IMG/VR virus record: IMGVR_UViG_3300045988_167582
Origin: a virus
Length of the DNA stretch: 64,000 nucleotides
Reading direction: 5' to 3' (one strand)
Part shown: positions 34,044-41,700 of the stretch, piece by piece
Layout of the letters: every line of letters starts with the position of its first letter
How positions within the stretch are numbered: position 1 is the first letter of the stretch
Made by a program: the position numbers and the translations under genes
The notes under the pieces: model-generated
Told to the model about the DNA's origin: nothing
Databases searched by the model: none
The model's input: only the letters and a program-made list of their open reading frames with translations

Positions 34044-35312
34044 ATGTCCGAAAAGAGACGCGACAACAAGGGTAGGTTGCTACAGTCCTGCGAAAGACAA
34101 AGAAGCGACGGTATGTATGAGTTTCGGTACTTAGACAAGCAAGGTAAGAAGCATAGTGTGTATAGTTGGAAGCTGGTTTCCACAGACAAGGTGCCACTGG
34201 GCAAGAGATGTAAAGAGCCTCTGCGTGATACGGAACGCAGGATTATTCGAGACCTTGAGGACGGCATAGATACCATCGAAGCATACAAGACTACGCTCAA
34301 CCATTTCTTTAATGAGTATATCGAAACAAAATATGAACTGAAACAATCTACCCGAACAAACTATAAGTATATGTACCGCAAGTATGTGCGAGATGACTTT
34401 GGCTGTAAGAAGATTGCGAGCATTAAATATAGCGATGTCAAGAAGTTCTATATCTCTTTGATTAGGGATAGAGGTTTCAAGCCCAACAGTTTAGAAACAA
34501 TCCACACAATACTTCATCCTGTTTTCACAGCCGCCATGAGGGACGGTAAAATCAGAGTTAATCCAAGCGACGGGGTGATGGCTGAAATTAAGAAAAGCCA
34601 CGACTGGTCAAAACCAAAACGACACGCACTAACAATTCCCGAACAAGAGGCGTTCGTGAAGTTTTGTAGTAAGAGCAAGCAATACCAGCATTGGATGCCA
34701 TTGTTTACTGTGTTCCTCGGGACTGGATGCAGAGTTGGCGAGGTTATAGGACTTCGATGGGAAGACTGTGATTTTGAACACAACCTTATTTCCATCAATC
34801 ACAACCTTATATACAGGCAACAGGATAGCGGAGTGTGTGAATTCCACATTACAACCCCGAAGACCGAATCTGGTAAGCGTGTGATACCGATGTTGCAAAA
34901 AGTCAAGGACGCACTGCTGCTTGAGTACAAAATCCAATCACGGGGTGGCTTCAATGAAACGGTAATCGATGGTTATAGTGGATTCATATTTAAGAATCGA
35001 TTTGGCTCCGTGGTGTCAGCCCACTGCATAAACAGAGCGATTGAGAGAATATGTAGAGACTATAATAAGGAAGAAAAAGAAAAGGCAAAAGCCGAACAAC
35101 GAGAGCCTGTTTTGATACCTCATTTTACAGTACACCAATTACGACATACATTCTGTACCCGGTTCTGTGAAAACGAGACGAATATCAAAGTCATTCAAGA
35201 AATAATGGGTCACGCTGATATCTCAACGACGATGGATATCTATAATGAAGCAACGATGGCAAAGAAAGTTGAAAGCTTTGCAAACCTTGAAGGCAAGATA
35301 AAAATATGCTGA
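34044..35312 (+). CDS. int: tyrosine integrase, Tn916 Int family
   Basis: N-terminal MSEKRRDNKGRLL...YSWKL arm-binding domain. C-terminal HQLRHTFCTRF...GHADISTTMDIY. Confidence 0.9.
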   Translation: MSEKRRDNKGRLLQSCERQRSDGMYEFRYLDKQGKKHSVYSWKLVSTDKVPLGKRCKEPLRDTERRIIRDLEDGIDTIEAYKTTLNHFFNEYIETKYELKQSTRTNYKYMYRKYVRDDFGCKKIASIKYSDVKKFYISLIRDRGFKPNSLETIHTILHPVFTAAMRDGKIRVNPSDGVMAEIKKSHDWSKPKRHALTIPEQEAFVKFCSKSKQYQHWMPLFTVFLGTGCRVGEVIGLRWEDCDFEHNLISINHNLIYRQQDSGVCEFHITTPKTESGKRVIPMLQKVKDALLLEYKIQSRGGFNETVIDGYSGFIFKNRFGSVVSAHCINRAIERICRDYNKEEKEKAKAEQREPVLIPHFTVHQLRHTFCTRFCENETNIKVIQEIMGHADISTTMDIYNEATMAKKVESFANLEGKIKIC

Positions 35313-35720
35313 TGATTTTACCACTTTTTCTACCACTTTTCAAAGCAAAGTAGTGGTAAAATATAAGAATATATATGAATCGAGGATATCGTGAATCGTT
35401 GTGAGGCAAAGGATTTGAGAAGTTATGAGAGGTTATAATAAAGTCGGATTTCTAATCCCGACAATGAAACCTTTAGATTAAAAAAATGTTGTGAGACAAC
35501 GACTTGCACCGTTATCAGTAGTTGTTTTACCACTTTTTTACCACTTTTGAAATTTTAGATAGCTCACTATGATATGAATGAAAGGCACTGTTGTTATTTA
35601 CAATGGTGTTTTTCTTTTTTTAGAAATCTTTTCAGCAATAACAGCCATTTAGTGCTGAATGATAATGTTTATAATTATTAACACAAATGAGATTTATGTT
35701 TATAATTATTGACATTATGA
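35313..35720. other. candidate attP region (repeat-dense, non-coding)
   Basis: Immediately 3' of int. Contains five TACCAC(T)n motifs, two GTTGTGAGnCAA, a tandem TGAGAnGTTA and two 15-mers ATGTTTATAATTATT. No credible ORF. Confidence 0.5.
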
Positions 35721-35765
35721 CCAAGAAAAGAAAAGCGGGCAGAGTGTATAAAACTCATGCCCGCT
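35720..35765 (-). terminator. rho-independent terminator closing the minus-strand accessory operon
   Basis: On the minus strand: AGCGGGCA, 16-nt loop, TGCCCGCT, followed by TTTTCTTTTCTT. Confidence 0.6.
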
Positions 35766-35958
35766 TAAACGCGTTTAACGCCCCTATATTGGAAAAGAAA
35801 TGGAGGAGTGTAGTTTGGCACTCCTCCGAAATTTGCTTTATAGAGAGTTTTCTGCTGGTTGTCAGCAATCTCTTCCTGCTGCCAACAACTATGGAAGCTT
35901 ATCCTGCCCATATTCAGCCCGACTTTTTACAGTACTTTCACACCAGCGTGTGTAAATA

Positions 35959-36477
35959 TTAGACCGACACACTCTCCTGTAACAGCTTGGAATAGATGAC
36001 TTGCGTTTTTGGAGTACACGCACCAATAACTTTATCCAAGTCGCCCAATGTTTTAATAACAACCATCCGGTCAATATTAGTAAGATACATCAACACATTT
36101 TTGTGTTGCATAATCAGATTGATAGTGTTATTCAGCGTGCCGCGACTCTCGCCATCCCAAATCATAAAGCCGTAATCAGCCTCGTTTGTCATGGCAATGT
36201 CTTTCTGCTTATAGAAATCAAACCCGTGAATGTGTGAGGGAACGGCAACGTTGCGAACGTTCCAACCACCAATGTTATTCCGAGCTTTACCGTTGCTTGC
36301 AAAAATGGTGACATTGCTATACCCCAAGTTGGAATAAAATCTCTGAACAGAAGCATCGACACCGTAACAATCTCCGACAAGGACATCGTAACCCTTTTGA
36401 TAGATTGTCATCATCCTCTGCTGGACAGAAACATCTAATTTTTGCACCGAACGTGCCCCTGCGATAAAAATTTTCAC
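35959..36477 (-). CDS. SLOG-superfamily (DprA/LOG/YpsA-like Rossmann) protein
   Basis: KIFIAGARS...YDVLVGDCYGVDASVQ...ADYGFMIWDGESRGTLN is the pattern of SMF/DprA-LOG folds. GTG start 9 nt after GAGGAG. Confidence 0.55.
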   Translation of the reverse strand: MKIFIAGARSVQKLDVSVQQRMMTIYQKGYDVLVGDCYGVDASVQRFYSNLGYSNVTIFASNGKARNNIGGWNVRNVAVPSHIHGFDFYKQKDIAMTNEADYGFMIWDGESRGTLNNTINLIMQHKNVLMYLTNIDRMVVIKTLGDLDKVIGACTPKTQVIYSKLLQESVSV

Positions 36478-36497
36478 GGTATCACACTCCTCTCAAA

Positions 36498-37067
36498 TTA
36501 TTTTGTTTTGGCAATTGCCAGATAGTATACTTTCGCAACAAGTGGGTCTTCTTTCAATACGGCAACGCATTCGTTTGCAGTGCTTCCTGTGGAATACAAG
36601 TCGTCTATAAGAAGAATATTACACTTGCGTGTTGCGGGCTTTAATTTAATAATAGAGCCGTGCATATCTCTATTGTTCTTATCTATACTCTTGGCGGGTA
36701 TGTTGCTTATCTTTTTCAAAACATCCTCTGCACAAGGAATATGCATTTTAGCTGATATAGTTTCTGCAATCATATAGACTGGCTGAGAAATTCGTTCAAT
36801 GGTAGGCGGTGCGGGAAGAATAATATTGACCTTTTTATCTGAAAGCCAACTATTAAGAAACTCTACACACATTTCGGCGATGGATTCACTTGTATCTAAG
36901 TGACCGTTATATTTCAATGAATGAAGCAGTTTCCCGACGGCAGTGTATGTCGTGTTGAATTGGGGACGACCAAACACATCATTACCAATGTATTCGCTGT
37001 TTTCTACATATTTGTCTATAATAAATCCTTCGTCCCACAAGCCATTAACTTTTATATGCACACTCAT
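36498..37067 (-). CDS. ComF-family type I phosphoribosyltransferase-like protein (no N-terminal zinc finger)
   Basis: PRPP loop NILLIDDLYSTGSTANE. ComF-like LLHSLKYNGH...NIILPAPPT...QPVYMIAE. The ORF-track TTG 37130 is actually the -35 of its promoter. Confidence 0.7.
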   Translation of the reverse strand: MSVHIKVNGLWDEGFIIDKYVENSEYIGNDVFGRPQFNTTYTAVGKLLHSLKYNGHLDTSESIAEMCVEFLNSWLSDKKVNIILPAPPTIERISQPVYMIAETISAKMHIPCAEDVLKKISNIPAKSIDKNNRDMHGSIIKLKPATRKCNILLIDDLYSTGSTANECVAVLKEDPLVAKVYYLAIAKTK

Positions 37068-37101
37068 TGTGGCGTTCACCAACCTATAATTTCTCATCAT
37101 T

Positions 37102-37130
37102 GTTTTAGCATATATCGAGCCGAATGTCAA
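37102..37130 (-). promoter_or_regulatory. promoter of the PRTase-SLOG cassette
   Basis: On the minus strand: TTGACA, 17 nt spacer, TGcTAAAAC. Confidence 0.45.
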
Positions 37131-37209
37131 TATTTCGGTTCAAGTTACCAAAATATTGTGCCGATGTGCTGGTGCAATCTGTATTATCGGGTTCAGACCC
37201 ACTTTTTAC

Positions 37210-37380
37210 TTAGGAACCAGCAGAATCATCAACCCAAGTTAGTGTACCACTGACATTTTTGAGCACCTGAGTCTTCCCGGCGTCATAGCCTTTAACTCTG
37301 GCTAACACTTCGGTAAACATCTTTTTAATGTCATCGGCATGAGTCTTATCCATAGAATTAAAACCACTGTTGTTAATCAT
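37210..37380 (-). CDS. 56-aa hypothetical protein
   Basis: AGAGGT SD 7 nt before ATG 37380. The ORF-track extension to 37503 overlaps the upstream gene. Confidence 0.4.
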   Translation of the reverse strand: MINNSGFNSMDKTHADDIKKMFTEVLARVKGYDAGKTQVLKNVSGTLTWVDDSAGS

Positions 37381-37438
37381 AATAATACCTCTAAAATGTT
37401 CATCAAGATATTTTACACCCACAAAATATCCTCTGAAA

Positions 37439-37837
37439 TTAGTGTTCTTCCTCGTCGGGATGCGAGGACTCATAATCAATTGTCCAGTGCGACATTTCAT
37501 CAAGCATCAACATAGCGAAACTATTCCCGTGCAGTCTGTTAATATACAAATCCTCAACGCACATCAGAGTCTTTTTTTTCGTATAAAGGCGAAATTTTTG
37601 TATCGTTGTACTTGTAAAAATGTTCTTAATAACAGTGCGGCATTGTGTTCGCGTAAATTCCATCATAATGTCGTTTGTTGCGGCAACGCTTTCCTTAAAT
37701 TCCTTATCTTCGTCGATATGCCGCTCCAAAAGCTCTTTGATTTCAGCAATGCTGTCAGAGACTTCGTCAGACTTGCCATATTTCTTAAAGAAGCTGGCAA
37801 TAGCCTGACGAGCGGTCTTTGAAGCAAGTGTAATCAC
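37439..37837 (-). CDS. hypothetical protein; the in-frame upstream segment encodes a TM helix but lacks a canonical start
   Basis: GTG 37837 has no SD. The frame is open to 37900 and encodes NIAAILGAVISAASVITLA. Confidence 0.4.
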   Translation of the reverse strand: MITLASKTARQAIASFFKKYGKSDEVSDSIAEIKELLERHIDEDKEFKESVAATNDIMMEFTRTQCRTVIKNIFTSTTIQKFRLYTKKKTLMCVEDLYINRLHGNSFAMLMLDEMSHWTIDYESSHPDEEEH

Positions 37838-38052
37838 GGAAGCGGCAGAAATAACAGCACCAAGAATGGCAGCTATATTTTTACCACTTCCACAGATTAT
37901 TCACCGTCTTTCTCGTCCTTGGAGCCGTCGATAAAACTGTTATTAAACTCATTAACGGCATCTTCGATGAGCATATGAATCTCAATATCCGTAATAGTGA
38001 TGCCCTTTTCACCGAGCATAGAGGTTACGGACTCAATGCACTTGTTGAGCTT

Positions 38053-38982
38053 TTACACTCTCTTAAGATATTTGCCGGCACACATCCAGTTGCCGCTCTC
38101 GAGTTGACACCAGTTACCCTGACGAGCCACGACATAGAATATCTCGCCTCTTGAGTACTGCCCGACTCGGCGATACCTTACAGACGGACCCTTGCGAACA
38201 TATAACATTTGGCAAGTCATAGTGTAGGCTGTGCCTCTGTGTGACGGAGCAGGTGACGCAGACACATTGTTCACATATGTACCTTTGGTGTTCTGAACGC
38301 CGCAAAACTCGGCAGGATTTATGCGCGTAACCGTGCCTTTACCAGTGCGAACCTCGTAATGAGTATGTGCACCAAAACTGTTGCCGGTGTTACCCATTAT
38401 GCCGACAACATCACCGGCAGAAACCCTCTGACCCTTATGCATAGAGATAGACGCAAGGTGCGCGTAAAAGTGCCGCTTGCCGGTTGAATCGGTTATGACA
38501 ACAAGGTTGCCATAGCTCTGTGTGCCTGTTTTGGTTTTGCCGTCCCAGACGGAAACCATTGATACTGTGCCGCCCTCTACCGCGTGGACGGTTCTATCAT
38601 CATCTCCGACTATGTCTATACCGCCGTGTCCTTGTTTAGTATTGATATTATATGTGTACGGCTGCGTTACGCGGTTACGACCGGAAAAAAGCATTCCTGC
38701 CGCATATCCGCCTGTTTCTTCATTCTGCCTTACATCGTCTTCCGTACCGTATGTGAGAGCTCTTGCGCTATCGTTCAAGCCCTCAGTTGTCGGGTCAACG
38801 AGTATTCCGAGTGCAGACAGAAAATTCACGATAAGCATTAAGACCCCCGTCAGCGTGTCCTCACTCACTTTTGGCACGATTTCAAACATTCCGAGGATTT
38901 GATAAATTGTCGCCAAAATAAGTGTAATCAGCGACACCACGAATGTCTTGTTCTTAAACCTCTGCTTGATGTTGATTTTCAT
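38053..38982 (-). CDS. holin (phiLC3/SPP1 type) fused to an M23 peptidase and an SH3 domain
   Basis: aa 1-80 MKINIKQRFKNKTFVVSLITLIL...GILVDPTTEGLNDS is holin-like. GHGGIDIV...HLASI...GNTGNSFGAHTHYEV carries the M23 HxxxD/HxH motifs. The C-terminus YVRKGPS...GNWCQL is SH3-like. Confidence 0.8.
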   Translation of the reverse strand: MKINIKQRFKNKTFVVSLITLILATIYQILGMFEIVPKVSEDTLTGVLMLIVNFLSALGILVDPTTEGLNDSARALTYGTEDDVRQNEETGGYAAGMLFSGRNRVTQPYTYNINTKQGHGGIDIVGDDDRTVHAVEGGTVSMVSVWDGKTKTGTQSYGNLVVITDSTGKRHFYAHLASISMHKGQRVSAGDVVGIMGNTGNSFGAHTHYEVRTGKGTVTRINPAEFCGVQNTKGTYVNNVSASPAPSHRGTAYTMTCQMLYVRKGPSVRYRRVGQYSRGEIFYVVARQGNWCQLESGNWMCAGKYLKRV

Positions 38983-38988
38983 AATTTT

Positions 38989-39249
38989 TTACACTCCTTT
39001 GTGATAATTTTCAAGGTCGTCAATTCGGTGATTGATAACCTTAATTTTTTGCTCCATTACCGGTATTCGCTCGGCAAAATTGTTATGCATACGCACCTCT
39101 CTCGTAAGTTCTTCAATCTTTGTATCGATAACAGCTTGATTGCGCTCAAGCTGCGTCGTCATATTACGGGAAGTGCTTATCGATGTTATAATAACGCCGA
39201 GAAGAGCAAGACCGCCCGAGATTATAGCAACAGCTACAGCATCACTCAT
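38989..39249 (-). CDS. membrane protein (N-terminal TM plus coiled coil), holin/XhlA-like accessory lysis protein
   Basis: AVAVAIISGGLALLGVIITSI TM segment followed by a heptad-rich tail. Immediately upstream of the lysin. Confidence 0.45.
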   Translation of the reverse strand: MSDAVAVAIISGGLALLGVIITSISTSRNMTTQLERNQAVIDTKIEELTREVRMHNNFAERIPVMEQKIKVINHRIDDLENYHKGV

Positions 39250-39385
39250 TCGCTCCCTCGCTTTCTTTAACTGCCGTTATCAAGCGATTTGCTTCATCCG
39301 GCGTAAGCCATTTCTTAGCGCATTTGGTTAAATTGGCTACCGATATTTTGCCGAGAATATACCGCTGCCAAAGAAATTCATACAT
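39242..39385 (-). CDS. XkdX-like small protein
   Basis: 47 aa: MYEFLWQRYILGKISVANLTKCAKKWLTPDEANRLI. ATGAGTGA overlap with the downstream gene. Confidence 0.45.
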   Translation of the reverse strand: MYEFLWQRYILGKISVANLTKCAKKWLTPDEANRLITAVKESEGANE

Positions 39386-39539
39386 TATTGTTGTCCTCCT
39401 CGATTATAGTGAGCATTATCTCTTGGATTGCTTGAGAATTAGCTTCTATTCGGTCTTCCACCGTCAACGGGATGTGCTCTTCAATAGAAGTTAATTCCTC
39501 GTTGGTCTCAACCAGTTCGCCGTCTACGTATTTTTTCAT
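39378..39539 (-). CDS. 53-aa hypothetical (XkdW-position) protein
   Basis: ATGTATGA overlap with the XkdX-like gene. Follows the tail fibre gene. Confidence 0.4.
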   Translation of the reverse strand: MKKYVDGELVETNEELTSIEEHIPLTVEDRIEANSQAIQEIMLTIIEEDNNNV

Positions 39540-39557
39540 ACAATACACCTACCCTCT

Positions 39558-41603
39558 CTACTTGAAATATACTTGAATTTGGGTTCCTACCGGGAGTAAT
39601 CTGGACGTGCCCCCCGTGGAACTCAGCGTTAACTTTTTAAAATGTTTTTCTTCTTCTGTTTTCCCGGGGAGCTTTATAACGCCATATCCGACTTTAGGAA
39701 ATGCCCCGTAAGGAGAGGAGTTCTTGTTTAGCACCCCCCAAGTAGTACAGCACGCGAAGGGGGCGGACAGCTTAAGTCTAAATCCTCCTAAGAAATTAAG
39801 ACCAGTATCGGGCTTTATAACTGTATTACTGCCGTCACCGCCGCAGGAGATGAAATAATTCTTGTATCCTCCTGCACTTTCAAACTCTGCCTTAACATAT
39901 GCCAAGGTCTGCGTGGGAGGGGGCACAACAAGCGTTACAAGAAGCTCGGTAGGATAAAGGCTTAAAGCACTTGTGGTAAAATTAAATTCTACGCTCGAGA
40001 CCTCGGTTTCCAACGTCTGCTTAGACCACAATTTAAACTCTTTAAGGTCGCTTCGTTCCCATAACGTATTTATACCTAATTCGTGGTCGTATAACGTTTC
40101 AGTTATAACCTTATTTTGCACTGGGTTTTCTGATGTTTCGGACAGTTCGGTGTCAACGTTCTCTTTGATTGTAGCAAGAAATGCATCAATCTCGGCTTTG
40201 GTATATGAGTCTCCACCGATAACTTTGTACTCGCCGTTGATAAGACGATAATGGATGTATGAACCATTGGATTGATTTGTAATGTAGTAATCGGTAAATT
40301 CATTGCCGTCAGAGACACTCGGTAGAGTGGCTGCAACATATGCGAGAGAACCGGCAACCATTTTCCAAGCATTATCAATCCACTTATAGTAGAGACAGCC
40401 GGTGGAAGAGTTCAGAATGTAGTCAACATCCGTTTCGCCACTTTCAGGAAGTGTTTCAACAACGACCGTAGAAGAGGCACCAAATGCATCCCATTGCTTC
40501 TCACCGACCGAGTTCGTAATGTACCAGTATTTGTCGTAGCCGTCGCCTGACTTTTTTGGGATAAGATAAAATGTCTGTGATTCACCGGTAACAGGAAGCT
40601 CGTCTACAATCTTAATTGTAAAAGCCTTATAATCCGCGAGCAAAGCCTGCGTATATGTTTTTGAGAGTTCAACCGCGCCGCGCACTGCGTCGCCAAGCTT
40701 TGAATACTTAACCGTGTCCGTCAGCTTATACGCGTCCGCAATTTCATGTGTTACAGCTAAAAGATTTTCCTGAACAATATCAGCGCGACCCTGTGCATAA
40801 GAGTAAATATCGGCATTGAGCCCCTGCGGGTCATAAACACTTGGTTGCATTGCTGTGTCAGCTTTTTTCAATGTTTCTTCAAATTGTGAATTGACCTTTG
40901 CGCGGGTCAAACTGCCGTCTTCAATGGTCATCTCGGCAAGCTGTCCACTCAGTAAATACTCTGCCATTTCGGCTTTAACGGCTTTTTCAATTTCTTGTGC
41001 AACTACTTCGTTGCTCGCCAGCTCTGTAATTTTTATCTCAAGTTTATCAACTTGCGTCTGATTTGCTTTTGTTGCAATTGCCGCCGCATTTGCATTTTCA
41101 GCAGCTTTTGCACGAATGATTTCCGTCTGTAAGGCAGTAGTGTCCGCCTTTCGATTTACCTGTGCTTGTAAGTCTGCCGTTTTATTTTCAAGGTCAGTTA
41201 CGCTCTGACTATTCCATGAGGTTACAGCCTCAATTTTCGCAACCAACTGGTTGTAAAGTGACTGCGAAATTTCTGTGCTCTGAGCATCAGAAACAAGAAT
41301 GTCGCTGTCAATCTTTAATATAAGATAGTTCGTAGTGGCGATGGTTTTGCCGCCGCTGCCATAGAGCATAAGTGTACAAGTACCGGCTCCGATTTCTGCA
41401 GGCAAAAATACACAGTTATCGTCGTCAAGGTACTGATTATATGCTGTCCCATTCTGACGAAACTGAGCAAATGTCATTAAGCCATTCCATTCATCGCCAA
41501 GGTTGAATTTAAACTTTACAAACTCCTGCGAACCAGATATGATATTGTCAAATGAGGAGGCAATGGATAGCCTCTGGTTGACAACATTAACATATATACT
41601 CAT
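39558..41603 (-). CDS. tail fibre / baseplate upper protein (BppU-like N-terminus, coiled-coil shaft)
   Basis: The N-terminal ~110 aa resemble a BppU_N-type domain, followed by a long coiled coil and a distinct C-terminal domain. Confidence 0.6.
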   Translation of the reverse strand: MSIYVNVVNQRLSIASSFDNIISGSQEFVKFKFNLGDEWNGLMTFAQFRQNGTAYNQYLDDDNCVFLPAEIGAGTCTLMLYGSGGKTIATTNYLILKIDSDILVSDAQSTEISQSLYNQLVAKIEAVTSWNSQSVTDLENKTADLQAQVNRKADTTALQTEIIRAKAAENANAAAIATKANQTQVDKLEIKITELASNEVVAQEIEKAVKAEMAEYLLSGQLAEMTIEDGSLTRAKVNSQFEETLKKADTAMQPSVYDPQGLNADIYSYAQGRADIVQENLLAVTHEIADAYKLTDTVKYSKLGDAVRGAVELSKTYTQALLADYKAFTIKIVDELPVTGESQTFYLIPKKSGDGYDKYWYITNSVGEKQWDAFGASSTVVVETLPESGETDVDYILNSSTGCLYYKWIDNAWKMVAGSLAYVAATLPSVSDGNEFTDYYITNQSNGSYIHYRLINGEYKVIGGDSYTKAEIDAFLATIKENVDTELSETSENPVQNKVITETLYDHELGINTLWERSDLKEFKLWSKQTLETEVSSVEFNFTTSALSLYPTELLVTLVVPPPTQTLAYVKAEFESAGGYKNYFISCGGDGSNTVIKPDTGLNFLGGFRLKLSAPFACCTTWGVLNKNSSPYGAFPKVGYGVIKLPGKTEEEKHFKKLTLSSTGGTSRLLPVGTQIQVYFK

Positions 41604-41700
41604 TTAATTCCTCCATTCTTCGTAATTGCAAAGCAATACAGTATTTGAGAAGTATGTAAGTCAACATTAAGTGCGATACTCATCTTCCGTATTCTTTGTT

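Noticed and set aside
35443-35462. Hairpin GTCGGATTTCTAATCCCGAC as a tRNA fragment marking a tRNA-gene attachment site
   Set aside because: It does not match a canonical T-arm or anticodon arm (bulged stem, 5-nt loop, no GTTCGAATC-type loop). This cannot be supported without the host sequence.
35687-35962. 91-aa plus-strand ORF in the int-to-SLOG intergenic region
   Set aside because: It has no SD and spans two hairpins (35734-35765 and 35802-35827) that read as minus-strand terminators. It is more likely non-coding. The minus-strand 48-aa ORF in the same stretch also lacks an RBS.
33700-36000. Interpreting int/attP as a prophage-chromosome junction
   Set aside because: Clearly phage-derived genes continue on both sides: replication and nucleotide genes on the left, lysis and tail genes on the right. 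The window is therefore in the circular/attP arrangement, and no host flank is visible.
37068-37130. ORF-track N-terminal extensions (TTG 37130 for the PRTase; also 4468-4602, 55673-55840, 13021-13050, 37381-37503)
   Set aside because: The extensions lack SD sequences, overlap upstream genes or promoter hexamers, and better-placed internal starts with an SD exist.
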